From Narcine bancroftii (taxonomy: Eukaryota), in the NCBI RefSeq assembly GCF_036971445.1, contig NC_091473.1, positions 205,468,001 to 205,532,000 on the forward strand: a DNA stretch of 64,000 bases, given 5' to 3'. The stretch's first letter is position 1; the number at the start of each line of letters is the position of its first letter. A model generated the notes under the pieces. It searched no databases. It worked only from the letters and a program-made list of their open reading frames with translations, and was not told the origin of the DNA. Shown piece by piece: positions 47,765-61,976 of this stretch. A program made the position numbers and the translations under genes.

Positions 47765-48259
47765 CACCATGGAAGTTCAAGCGCATCCAACAGAGGGAGC
47801 AGTCGCACCAGAATGCAGAGGAGGTCCAACACAGAAATTACTAAACGCATGTTCTGTAAAGATTTCCAATTCCAAATCAAAGATGTGAAGATACAACTAA
47901 TATATTTGAAGTACTATTTCATGCTATCGACAAGAATAATTCTCTTTAGCGATTGTGCAGATGTAACAATTGGGCTAGGTATTTCCGCATGAACAATAGC
48001 TCTTAGTGTAATTCGATGATCCTGTTTGATTCTTTCCTTCCTGGATGGTAATCTTTTCACCATGTACCAGCTTCTTTTCGATAGTCTTTCTCTTGCTGTT
48101 GTTCAATAACTGAGCCAGTGTAATGGACACACCTTCTCACAACCAAAGGTCTGCTGCGGGTAAGTGAAATCACTTTTGGACGTGCTGGGGGAGGTAGAGA
48201 AGATACTCTTCCTCCCTTTTATTCTCCACTTTAATTTTCACACTCGAATTTATGAGACG

Positions 48260-51200
48260 GGGTGGTTAGTTATGGCGGCAGTACGGAGCCTAATGGCGTT
48301 ATGAAGGTGGACTCATGACCCTCCTGGGGGATTCATGTATAAAATCCGAAAGAAATTACTATTTAAAAATATATAAGTATATTATAACCTTCCAAAACGT
48401 ACCGGTATACTTTTGGATATGGCAGCTGGAGGAAGGTAAATGGCAAGAGACAAAAGAAATTGTGAGTAAAGATACAAATAAAATCGAAGAAAAAGAGACT
48501 TGCTTGAATATGCAGGCAGAACCTCAGATTCCTAAGCCTCTGGAAGTGACACGCGTAATGAAAGCCATATTTCATCTGAAGGCAGCGACACCTGCTGAGA
48601 CAACCAGGGAGGGAAGTTTGCACCCGGTCTCTCCAGAAACTTGCAGAAGTTTATCACCGTGGATGCACGAAGGAGACGCTCGACAGCGCCATTCTAATTT
48701 GTGTTCGAATTATGGAACTGCAATCTGACAAAGAAGTGTTTCCAGGAACCCCTGTTGCTTTGACAGCTGGTAATCAATGGAAAAGGCAAGATCAAGAAGA
48801 ATCGGATGAAGATGAATAAGATGATGAAGAGGAAGTGCTGAATGCTTCGGAATATGAAGCCCCAAATAGAATGTGTCAATATCAATTTATAAGGGCTTAT
48901 ATTAGAAATGTCAGATCTGACATGAAGGACGTTAAATGTGAAATGTTTAAACATGCTTCACAAGTTAATCAAGATAATGCAACACTTCAAAGAGTTGAAC
49001 TGAATGGAATATTGTTGAAATGATATGGATATCTGCATGGCTAGAATTGACAGTGTCGAATTTTCGGATTCTCTCTGGGAAAAGCAGAGAAAAGAAATGA
49101 TGGAAAATATGGATATGTTGGAAAATCAAAGTAGTCGAAACAAACTTAAGTTTGTTGACTTAAAAAATATTTTGAAGGAACGGAAGATCCTGTGGAACGT
49201 TTTTAAAAGTGGAATCCCAGAATTAATGAAGAGTATTTTCCAATTAAAACTGAATTGGAAAGCACTCATAGAGCTTTACGGACGAAGCCACAGTTAAATC
49301 CATCATGTAGAGCTATATTAATTAAGTGTCTGTGATACCAGGGTAATGAAAATATCTTATTACTCACAGTTCAAAAAGCAAGACAATATATATGTCCAAT
49401 GGTTATTGATGGAAATAAAATTTAAATAAGGCGGTGGTGGATAGGATAAAATACTTTAATCCAGCGACAGCGATTTTTAGGAAGAAGTGTTTTTAGTTTA
49501 CTTCTAGACATCCAGCTACTTTAAAGATGTTTTTTGGTAATGAAAGATCTAAGTTTGTTTGTGGATGAGGTGGTAGCGCGAAGTAGAATCACTTCCTACA
49601 TTTAAAAAAGAGCAGCATAAATTGTTGAGTTTAAGACCTCAACGAGAAATACAAAGATAAGTGATGAAAATACAAATCACCCTGAAGAGGGCTGTCATGA
49701 AACAGATTGTGCTGTCAATAAGAGTTGTAATTGCATATGGAAACTCAGACTGAAACAAATATAATTGATCATGATCGTGAGTGGGATTCATTTTATATGT
49801 TTATGTAATTTGTTGATGAATTATAAACTATTTTCTTTTATTTTTTTTCTCCAATGATGTGGAGACTGGTTAGAACTGATGAAGGAGAACAGGATTGGAA
49901 GATATTTGAATCTAAGACAATGGATGAAAAGAATATACTAAATCTTCTTAGTTTTAATGTTAATGGGTGAATAATACAATTTAAAGGAAATGAATATGGA
50001 ATCGTATGAAAACTAAGAAATAGATATTAGATTGTTACGCGAAACCAATCTGATAGAGAAGTTGAAAATTAAAACAAAAGAAGATATGGCAGACTAATTG
50101 GTAGCTCTATCTTTTAATTCGAAGGCAAGAGGAGTAGCAATATTTATTCAAAAACATTACTGATCAAAATTGTAGAAACTATAATGGATTCTCGAGGAAG
50201 AAATGTTTTGATAAATTGTCAAATTTATTTTGAAATGTGGACATTTATGAGCATTTTTCACCAAATGTGATTGATGAAGAATTTATAAGGCGTACTATAT
50301 TTTTACTTTCGGCTTAATCTCAGGAAAAGGTTTTAAAATGAGTTAATATTTCATTGTTGACGTTGAATTATTGGATAAATCAGTTAAAACAATAAGGGGA
50401 GCTAATGCGGCTAAGACTAATTTAAGTTTAATGAAGCAATTATATTTAGTTTATATATGGCGAAAGATGAATCCTAAAGCGAGAGATTATCCTTATTATT
50501 TTCATAGATCTATTTATATTCTATAATAGTATTTTTAAATATTAGATCAGTTGCGAGAAAGAATTAATAATATTGAATATAAAGCTAGAATATTATCTGA
50601 TCTATCTCTACTTTTATTGACATTTTCAATTCTTGATGGAAAAGGAGTGCTGTATAGATAAATGTTTAATATGGCATTATGAAAAAGAGTGTATTTCTGT
50701 TATTTTAGAAGAAAATAAATTCAATTTTTTTTTTAGAAATGAATTCTAATTCAGTAAACAATAAATTTTATATTTGGCATGCATCCAAATCGTATTTAAG
50801 ACGTCGAATAATGTCTTTCGAATAAAATTAAAAAAGTATATATAAAAGAACCAAATAAATTAGAACAACATAGAGGTAAAATAGAAAATAAATGTACAAA
50901 ATAATCCTTCTGAAGTAAAACAATATAATTAATAAATATGGAATCTCTAATATCATATTATTCATATATACAGAATTGGAAGTTTATTTCAAAGCATCAA
51001 ACAGAGATATTATGAATTAGGTTAAAGGATTCATAAACTTTAAACATTGCAATAGAAACCAGAACAGACATCTGGAGTGATTAATACAGTTACAAAATTC
51101 GGGACTTATTACATGTAGACAACAAGAAATACATTATGTATTTGAGGAGTTTGATTCTGAATTATATCACTCAGAATAATTGCATGATGAAACTAGGATT

Positions 51201-52820
51201 AATGCATTTCTTTAATAAAAATCACGTTACCTAGTTTAAATAATTAACAACAAAAAGATTTGACTTTAGTATTGATTTCATTACAAAATAATAAATCGTC
51301 AGGAGAAGATGGACCTCCTGTAGAGTTTTATAAGATATTTATGGATCTTTTAATGAGTCAATTTATGAAGGTGCTAAATCAAGCAATATAGGTACATTCT
51401 CTACCAGAATCCTTTTCAACAGAAATTATTACAGTAGCACCAAAGAAAGATAGATATTAAATTAGACCAATTTCATTATTAAATATCTATTATAAAATAA
51501 TAGCTAAAGAGTTAGTAAATAGATTGGCAAAGTATTTATCGAAGTTAATACACATAGATCAAAATCGGTTTGTTAAGGATTAGAAAACTGCAGATACTTT
51601 GTTTGGTTATTTTAATAACAAAGATTTATTTGCTTAATACATGTAGTTCAAATGATGGGAAATATGAGTGTTGCAGTGCTTTTAAATGTTGAGAATGAAT
51701 TTGATAAATTAGAGTGAGATTTCCTCTTTAAATGTTTGGAAAAATGTTAATTAGGATCAATGTGTATAGATTAGGCTAAAATGGTAAAAAAAAAAGAAAC
51801 CAAGTGAGAAGGTAGTGACTAATTGTCAGATTACAACATCTTCTGATTTAACTAGATCAAATAGGGAATGTTTCCCACTGTCACCAGCTTTATTTGTTTT
51901 AGCAATAGAATATTAGGCTGAATTAATAAGTAAGGATTCTAAGATTGTGTGTATTAATATAGATCAGGAAGAACATTAAAATAAATTTATTTGCAGATGA
52001 TCTTTTGATTTATTGAACAGATCCTTTAAATTCTATACAACAACTTAAATTCAGAATGAAATTAAAGAGGATTTGATAAGATGGAATATGTTACCTTTTA
52101 CTTTAAAAGGTAGAGTAAATTGTGTTAAGATAAATGTTTGTCCTCGAATACAATTTTTATTTCAATCAATTCCAATTGTAATTAATCAAAACAAATATAA
52201 CAAATTAAACATATATTTTAGAATGTTTTCATAGAAAAGTAAAATGCCAACAGTTTCTTTGTAAAATGTAACATAGAAATATGATTTAACAGGTTTACAG
52301 CTCCCCAATGTTATGAAATGTTATATATCTGCCCAGTTGATATTTATTAATGTAATGTATGGTTTCAGTAAATTTCCAACATGGGTGAATATAGAAATGA
52401 ATTCCACTGGGTAAATAAATCCACAAGAATACATTTATAAATGGAAAACAAGATTGTTAATAGCGAATAGAGAAACATCCATACTGAAATATTAAATTAA
52501 GCTTTGGAATAAAGTTGATAAAGAGATTGGAGGTGAAGGGTTAATTTCAAGAAGAACACCGTTATTTAAATATAATTTATTCCAATTTCTATGGGAAATC
52601 AATTTTTAAATATTTGGAAAAATTATGGCATTAAGAAAATTAAAGGTTGTTTTGAAGCTGGGATATTGATTACTTTTAGTAGAATGAAGAAACAATTTAA
52701 GGTATTTGAATATACTCGATTATGTTTTTATCAAATTAAAGATTTTTATGTGAAAGTGTTGGTCAAGATTCAATATTACCAGCAGAAAGAAGGGTAGAAT
52801 TATTATTATTTCAAGTATGC
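48260..52820 (+). mobile_element. Older, heavily decayed L1 (different subfamily)
   Basis: ORF1 MLENQSSRNKLKFV at ~49115; ORF2 remnants SFNVNG, KARGVAI, RPISLLN and LFADD (51990). Very AT-rich with many stops. Confidence 0.85.
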
Positions 52821-54265
52821 ATGATTCATTTTCTCTTACATTGATTCCTACGCTTTGGACCGCCCTTCGTATCTAGTTTCAATACACATGTGCTTCTTTA
52901 GCAAACTTTCTTGCAAGAATATTTGTGCCCCTCCAGTTCATATTGAATTTGTCCCGTCGGAAATGGTCTCGCCTTCCCTGGAAAACAGCCCAATTATCAA
53001 TTAATCAGAAACCCTCTCTTCTGTAGCTTACCTTCTGTCCTATTCTTAAATGCACATGCACATGGCATTGGTAGCAATCCTGAGATTTCTATCCTGTAGG
53101 TCCTGTCCTTTAACATAGCTCCTAATGTACTAACACACCTTCCAGAACCTCCCCACCCTTTCTGTTCCCACGTGGACCATGACATTCCTCCCTCCCTTTA
53201 TCAGGAGAATTTGATCCGAAGCAGGCCAATGTGCGGAGAGCCTCGTGACGAGCATATCTACCAATGTGAATATACTCTGTATCTTTATTCCTCTGGATTA
53301 GGATACATCTCAGGTTCGTTTTCTTGACTGTACTTCTGGATTACGTGTCACCTCCCAAATATACACCACATATTCTGAATTAAACTTAATCCACTTTTCA
53401 ACTGCCCACCAGTCCAAACGTTCAAGATGAAAGCTTTCACAAAGGTCCTCACAATCTAAAATTACAGACACTTCAGTTTCATCCGGAAATTTGATAATAC
53501 AGTTTCAATTAAATGATTGATGTAGATGATAAACAAAAATGGGCCGTGCACAATAGCAAATATACAAATGACGTCACCTGTGAGCTATTAGCCAATTACA
53601 TACTGGAGAAACACCACTTCGCAGAAAGAGAAAATTGCTCAGACATATCAGGGACTGGAACATATTACAAAGAATCACCTCTCTCCCATTGGGTCTGGCG
53701 GTAAACATCGTGCTGAGACTGTGATCCTTACTGATAATGTCAAGGCTCCACATTGGTTTTCTCCAAAATTCCCCCTGTGGGAACCTTAGTCTTGTTTCAC
53801 TTCTGGATACGGAAATATCTGCGATTTGTTGCACGAGCATATGGTGATAACTCATTCTTGCAGAATCATTTAAGAAGAATAATGAAATGTAAAAATGAAC
53901 TGCAGTTACCCATCAGTATTTAATGACAACACTGTTATATGGTACATTTCGTGAACTGAATACTAGTCAAAATATCTTCTTCAGGTATTGAGTAATGGAT
54001 TGGAAGTGTGATCACGATTCTCTAGTCCTGAGTTCAGCTGAGTTCAGTTTATTCTTTAAGCCATCTCTGTTTTCCTTGTAATTGATGCCAAAGTGTTTGT
54101 GTGTGTGCCATGATGTGGGGAAGCAGCTGATCTAACCATAGACCAATACCCAGTAGTTCAAGCGAGCAGTGACCAAAAATAACACATCCTGGGGTAAAAA
54201 CTATTGGTCAGATGGTGAACAATTTTCATCTGCTTATACCTGAGTGAACATGGAATTTCATCGTT

Positions 54266-57200
54266 GGGGGCGTGGCAAGATGGCGTAGAGTCGAGACTTG
54301 TAATCTCGACCTCTCTGGCCGAATTTTTATGTACCCGTTTTTAAAATCTTTGTTTTCAAGTTTAAACTTTTAAAAATTTTAGCTTAAAGTGTTCAGGAAC
54401 TATTATGGCCATTAATGGCAAAATAATTAAACCTCAAGTGCAGAAGAAGTTACATTTTCGAAGTGGTGAAGATTTGGGGCCTAAACGACTTGTAACAACT
54501 TCAGGATTAATTTCCTTAGTGTCTAAATCACAAAGACTGCCTGAGGGAGCTGACAAAAAAGTCTACTACTCACCATATGAGGGATGGCTCTGGAATTACC
54601 CGTTCCCTGCAAGAAGGTGCATGTTCCCAAGAAGTGTATCACGATTCTGGAAGCCTTTCGATTTTAACGGAGGCAGCATGCAGGAAGACGACTCAATTGT
54701 TTGAAATGCATCAGGAAGCAGTTCAACCTGAGGATATCGCTTTCCTCCGTACTTTTGCGCAAAAACAACGAGCTGCGGGGGGAAACCAGCGGCGTCCCCC
54801 TGAGGAAGTCGGAGTGCCGTCGCTGGGAGTCCAGAACCGCTGTAAAAGCTCTAAATTGGCTTTTGTAGTGTTGCAGCAGGAGCTGCAGTTACCTGGTTCT
54901 GCCACTACGGCAGAGAAAGCAGGGCGGAGCTATTCTGACTTACAATGTACGCATTTAACTGCTGTCATTCAACCTTTAATCAATGAGATGTCTCAAATGA
55001 CTGAATACAGTTAAAGAAAATATTATGAAGAATTTAAAACATTTCAGACTGCTTTTTTGGACTGTAAACAGGAAGTGGTTTCTAACACAGAAAAAATGTT
55101 AAAGGTTGAAAAATCAGTTACAAATTGGGAGAATGCAAGAAGGAGTTAGAGAGGAAAATAGACTACTTGGAGAATGAAAGCAGAAGGAATAATGTGAAAA
55201 TCGTTGGTTTGCCAGAGGTATGGAAGGACAAGATCCTCTTCGTTTTTTTAAAGACTGTATCCTACTAGTACAAGGGCAAGAATTTTTATCTGGAGGCTTG
55301 GTACCGGAAAGAGCTCAAAGAGCTTTAAGAAGAACAACTTTACCTGGTCAACCACTGAGACCTGTAATAATTCATTGTTTGCATTATTTGGACAGAGAAG
55401 CAATACTTCGACTACCAGTGCAAAATGCGAGACAACGGCAAACTCTGTTATTGATTCAGAATAGCAGAGGTTTTTTTTTACACTGATTTGAGTCAAGAGG
55501 TCACTCAACGTCAACGTCGATTTAATCCCGTTAAAGAAGTTTTGTGGCATCAAGGTTATAAGTCTACTTTTCACTACCCGGCAGCGTTGAAGGTATTTTA
55601 TGGAGACCATTATTGTCGGTTTTTTGAGAATGATCGTGAAGCAATGATTTTTGCTGATTCTTGCCATATATGAGGACAAAGATGTAGTCCACCATTTTCT
55701 CCTAAAGAAAAATCTGCTTGTCCAGGAAACGGAAGAAATAGCAGAAATGGGAAAAACGGGAATGGAAAGAGTCCAATTTCTTCTGAAATGGGATCTCCGA
55801 GATTGGAATCTCTTGGATGAATAGAAGATTTTTTAAATTCTTATTTTACTTTTTATGTTATTATGATATATTTATGTTATTCATTGTTTGACTGGGGAGG
55901 GAGACATTTGCTCTAAGTTCTTTACTAGTCATCAGCCACTGGTGGGTGACCCACACCCAATTTTTATTTAGGGATTACTAACTTTTAGTAGTGTTTTTTT
56001 GTTAGCGAATTCTTTTTAAATTTTGTTTATTTCATTTTCGTTAGCTTTTAACATGTGATTTTTTCCCTATTGGATGGCCTATATACGTTGATTTGAAATT
56101 TCATATAAAGATATTATTGGTATTTAGTAATAATAGTAGATATATCAAAGTTGAGGTTTGCTACTTTTAATGTTCGAGGTTTAAACAGTCCAATGAAGCA
56201 TAAGCGAGTCTTGGCGTATACTAAAAGATGCAAATTGATGTTGCTTTTATCAAGAAATATATTTGAATGTCAAGGAATGTATGAAATTAAAGAGGGACTG
56301 GGTTGTGCATGTATATTCTTCTTTATTTAATTCCAGGGCTGGAGGTGTTGCAATTTTGACACATAAAAAATTATCTTTTGAATTACAATCAATGGAGGAA
56401 AAGGCAGGATGTATTCTTAAAGTGAATTGTAAGATTTGTAGTGAATTCTGGACTTTACTTAATATTTATACCCCAGATGTAGATGATGAAATATTTATTT
56501 CAGGTGCATTTTTATATTTGGGTCAGGCTAATGATAATATTTTATTTGGTGATGATTTTAATTGTGGTTTGGAACCTTTATTATATAAATCTCCGAAGAA
56601 ATTTAAGAAATGTAAGATGACAGTTCAGGTTCAAGGTTTGATGAAAGATCTTAATTTAGTAGATATTTGGAGATGTCTTAATCCGACAGAGAAAGATTTC
56701 TCCTTTTATTCATCTAGACATGAATCATTTTCAAGGATTGACTTTTTTTAGTATCGGCACATTTACAAGGGAAAATACAACAAGTGGAATATAAAAGTAG
56801 GGTGATTTCAGATCATTCTTTGTTATACTTTACATATGCAACTTCTGAGAAAATTCAAGTGGCCTATCGTTGGAGGTTTAATACAATGTTGTTGAAAAAT
56901 ATGGAATTTATTGATTTTTTTTAAAAAACAATTTTTTTTAAAGAAAATTCTTATTCCGTTCAAAGTAAGTTTGTATATGGGATGCTATGAAAGCTCATTT
57001 GAGAGGACAAATAATTAGTTATACTTCTAAAATAATAAAGAATCGATTAAATCAGAGTATTGAATTAGAGAAACAGATTGAAGAGTTAGAAAAGGAATTT
57101 TAGAAAGATGCTACAGAAGATCAGAAAATAGAATTATCTAGTTTGAAATTGGAATATAATACTTTGCAATCTTATCAATTTGAATGTGTGATTAATAGGA

Positions 57201-60064
57201 CTAAGCAACGGTATTATTAATGGTTAAAGAAAACACATAAGGGATTGGCGTGGCAATTAAAGAAAGAACAGGTTTCGAGGACTGTTAATGCTGTTAGACG
57301 GAATTCTCTTATTACATAAACCTCGTGAGATTAATGATGAATTTTGTTCATTTTATAAAAAGTTATATACATCTGAAGAAAAACAAGAAACTGGATCGAT
57401 TGATCGTGTTTTTATCACAGTTGAATTTACCGATATTAGTGGATACAAATATACAAGAGTTGGAAGAACCATTTACTGATTCGGAAATTAAAATGGCAAT
57501 GATGGGAATGCTGAATGGTAAATCGCCTGTTGATGATGGATTTTCGGTTGAATGTTATAGAAATTTTTTATGATGATTCCTCTACAGTGTTTGGCGATGT
57601 ATTACATCAAGTTGGAGAACATTATGAACTACCTGAGTCTTGGTCTAGTGCTTTAATTACAGTAATCACAAAAGAGTTAGACATCCTTTGAAAGTATCTT
57701 CATATAGACCAATTTCGATGTTAAATGTATATTATAAAATAATAGCTAAAATATTGGCGAATAGATTGACTAAATGTTTACATAAGTTGATTCATATGGA
57801 TCAAAGAGGTTTTATAGAGAATAGATATGTTTCAGATAATATTATACGCGTGATTAGTTTGAGGTATTGAGCGTGATTAGTTTGATTTCGACAATCTTAA
57901 CATTACCCGAGGGTGATACATTTAGATGCAGAAAAAAGCATTTGATAGAGTTGAGTGGAATTTTTTGTTTAAAGTTCTGGAGAAATTTAAGTTTGGTCCT
58001 TTCTTTATTGGTTGGATTAAGGCTTTATATAGTAAACCGGTAGCTAGAGTATTGATGAATGGCTTGAGTTTGGAACCTTTTAAATTGACTCTATCAACTC
58101 GTCAAGGTTGGCCTTTATCAGCAACTTTGTTAGCGTTAGTGATCAAACCTTTAGCACAGCTGATAAGACAAAATAGACAGATACAAGGTATGAAAGTTTT
58201 AGATGAGTAGTATGAAATTAATTTATTTGATGATTATTTATTGGTGTATTTAACACACCCAGCTCAGTCACTTTTGCACTTGAAGGAGTGTTTAATACAA
58301 TATGGATGTATTTTTGGATATAAAGTTAATTGGGAAAAAAGTGAAATATTATCGGTAAGTGAAGGAGATTATTCAGTTTATAAGAATATTATTATGTTGA
58401 AATGGACTGATCGAATTAAATATTTGGTAATAATTTTGAATGTTAATTATCAATTTTTATATAAATTAAATTATGTTCCGTTAATTTAAAAAATTAAAAC
58501 TGATTTGATTAAATGGAAAGATTTACCTATTAATTTATGGGGTAAGATAAATACAATTAAGATGTATATTTTTCCACGTATGCAATATTTGTTTCAATGT
58601 ATTCTGTATTTACTTGATAATACACTTTTCAAGATTTGAATAAAATGGTTAGCGAGTTTTTATGGAGAGGTACATTTTTCAGAGTAGCTTTGAATAAATT
58701 AACTTGGAAATATGAGTTTGGGGGATTACGTTTACCACATTTTCAAAATTATGATGAAGCAGCCCAACTTAAATTTATTCGTTAATTGATGGATTTGGAA
58801 CGGCCTCCTAGTTGGGCTAAAACTGAGATGGCAAATATTTCTGAATTTGAAATACATTAATTTTTGTTTGGATGGAATATAAATGTGTTACAGCAACATA
58901 ATGTGCCTACACTAAAACATTTAATAAAGTTATTGATAAAGAAAAATAAAATTATAGGCTCTAGGGGTGAATTATCGTCTTTGGCTCCATTGTATAATAA
59001 TCAATTTATTTCATTTTCAATACACAATCGAAGTTTATTGCATTGGAGATTTAAAGGTGTGGAAAACTTGGGAGATTGTTTTAAAGAGGGTAATTTTTTT
59101 AATCTTTTAATCAGATGAGGGACAATTTTGGTATTTATAGGAACTCTTTGTTTCTTTATTATCAAATATAATCTTTGGTACAACGTACGTTTGGTAGAGA
59201 TATGATTGTATCTGAAATGACTAAATTTGAGACTTTTCGTATGAAGGCACCAAAAAAAGGGTTATATTTCATCTATGTATCAAATATTACACTATGGTAT
59301 GGATACAAATGGTTGGGATAGATTGTAATGTAAATGGGAAGCATTTATTTTTTCCGAGTATGATTGATTAGATATCTGTTATGATAGTCTAACTAGATTT
59401 TTAAATGCACGTTATGCAACGATTAACTCTAATTTTTTTACATCAATTATATTTAACACCTGAAAAATTACAAAAGTATGGTTTTCATGAATCAGATTTG
59501 TGTTTTAGATGTGGTAATTTTGTTGGAACTTTTTTCATGCTGTTTGGTCATGTATACATATACAATCTTTTTGGTGGAAGAATATTCAATTGTCTTTAGA
59601 ATACCTGTATAAGATTTAAATACCTTTAGATCCTGTTTTATTGGATAGTTTGCAGCCTCTGAAAGGTTTGGGATTAGATAAGTTTCAACTTGCTTTTGTA
59701 TATTTAGCTTTATCTGTAGCGAAAAAATGTATTGCTAGTACGTGGAAAGATACAAATATGATTGATATTAATAGATGCCATAATGAGATGAAATATTGTT
59801 TACTAATGCAAAGAATTACATATGTTTCGCGTGATAATTATAGATTTTTTTAATTAAAAAGTGCTTGTTATTCTCAGAATCTTTACATTTCAATTTATAT
59901 TGATTAGATCTTAATATGTATGTTTAACTTTTCTTTAATATGTTTTCTTTTTTCTTTCTTTATGGCTCTCCTTTATAAATAAAAAATAACATTCATTTGT
60001 ATGGTAAATTGTTGTATATGTTATGTACTATTTGTTTTTGAATGAATAAATAAAGTTCAAAAAA
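54266..60064 (+). mobile_element. Full-length (~5.8 kb) but inactivated L1 with poly(A) and 12-bp TSD
   Basis: Starts GGGGGCGTGGCAAGATGGCG, with fragmented ORF1 and ORF2 (EN, RT, C-terminal CCHC-type region) and AATAAA plus A tail. TSD AATTTCATCGTT at 54254-54265 and 60065-60076. Confidence 0.95.
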
Positions 60065-61689
60065 AATTTCATCGTTTTTCACGTCCACTTGGTTTTAAAA
60101 TCAGGAGAAGATATTCTTTGATTCAATCAATCCTATTCTGTAGCCAGTAAATGATTGACAATGCAAGGGATATTTTGGAATACGACGGATATTGTACCTA
60201 TTGTGCATTACGGAGGAGGCGTTAGTGTTGGGTGCGTGATCTGACAGGAATTAAGAAAAGAGAAAAGTGGAGTGAATGCCCAATGGAGATCTAAACGCAA
60301 CAGATTAAATCCAGTGATCTTTTATTTCAGATTAGATACAATGCTTTTCCTCTTGTCCGTTTGGATAATAATGCACATTTTACGTGATGAGTTAATGTTT
60401 CGATGGTGTTGTTTCGATATCTTCCTAAGTGCTCAGAGTTTAAGAATAATTATAATAGATTTATTGTCCTTCATATTATACAATGTACAAATGTAGCAGT
60501 TGAGTAAACAACAGTATGTGTTAAATTAAGAATAAATATGAAAGATATGCGAATAATAAATATTCATAATTACCATCATGCAATAAGATAACTGCATTAC
60601 ATTAGTTTCTGAGAAATGTTGTTGACGTCTCTGGCCACCATTTAATGTATCAGTATCACTTCAGCTGAAATCCGAAGCAGGAAAAAGTGTAACATTGTAT
60701 TGCCATTTTTACGGTCGATCCAGTATCCGGGAGAATCAACCAAACATCGACAATGGATATTCTGCAGAGCTGTCAGTTGATCTCTTAGCCAGGTATGCTT
60801 TTTATTATCTTCATAATTCCGGACTCCGACTTAGCCAAGCATCATTCAGTGTCTTTGAATGGCATCTATTTTTCATTCCTTTCTTTTATTGTTAGAGCGC
60901 GGGCAATGCTCATGCTTTCGGCAGTCGAAAGTTGGGGTTTCTTCACATTTTTAACGTGGTATTACGTGTAAATAAGGGGAACATTTGAAACCAATACTGT
61001 GGCAGATGAATCGTCGTTTCGAACAAATTTGAACGTCAAGACAGGCCACCGAGAGACCAACACTTACCTGATAAGCAGAAGTAACTGCCTTTCTGCGGCA
61101 AGTAATAATTTCCGTGCACTAATTAGTTGCACATTGCAGATAACAATGAACGCACTATCATTAACTTTTATGAAGTGTATCTGCGAATCAACAAAAGCTA
61201 TTACTCAAAGTTTCCACATTTTTATGCCCCTTCTTTAATGAATTTTGAATGAGTTTCTTTCATGAATTTTCATGAGCAATTACCTAATTGGCATTCTTAT
61301 CTGGGTAACTCTGCCGTTATATATTCCAGCTCGAGGAATGACCTTTGTGCTGAGAAGATGACTCTCCTTGATTCTAGCTCCCGCAGAGGGAATCATCACA
61401 GGCAAAGGATAAAGGTTCGTGCTCAAATTAATCCGGTTATGAGTTACCAGATAATGAATGACCCGGGAAACGCCTCGAGCTTCCCCAGGAGAATAGCATA
61501 GATGTTATCTTCCTTTCCTCACAGCGACATGATACGATTCATGTTTGATTCCAAATCTAGCATCAAATCCTCCGTATCATACATACTGATTTAAATGTCC
61601 ATGTACTTCCATAAACATTTGACATAAAATCTCCTATGCCTACCTTGACATACGTCCACATCGCTCACAATTTCTGTGGTTTTTTGCAG

Positions 61690-61976
61690 GTGTCAATGGC
61701 GCCGATTCAAAGAACCGATATCCGTCTGATCTGAAAGCTGAAGAATAACAAAATGTAACTGAACTACCGTTACTCTGCAGCACTATCTGCTTTAAGCATC
61801 TTCTGATACCTGCAGTATCCCGGAGAAACACTCATCTATCTACTGAAGATTTTGTCTACTGCATACAGAGTCTTGTCACCTAAATTCACAGTTAGGTGTT
61901 TTGATGTTTAGTAAATTTAAACACTGTTGATACATTTTCTACATTGCTCCGTCGTGATCTCAGAATTGTATGTGTG
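61690..61976 (+). pseudogene. Decayed TCR V pseudogene, paralogue of the 47289 V, cut at the FR3 end by an L1
   Basis: Acceptor ttttgcag|GT GTC AAT GGC, then VNGADSKNRYPSDLKAEE*QNV, a frameshift, and LNYRYSAALSALSIF*YLQYPGETLIYLLKILST. A degenerate leader region lies at ~61520-61605. Confidence 0.8.
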
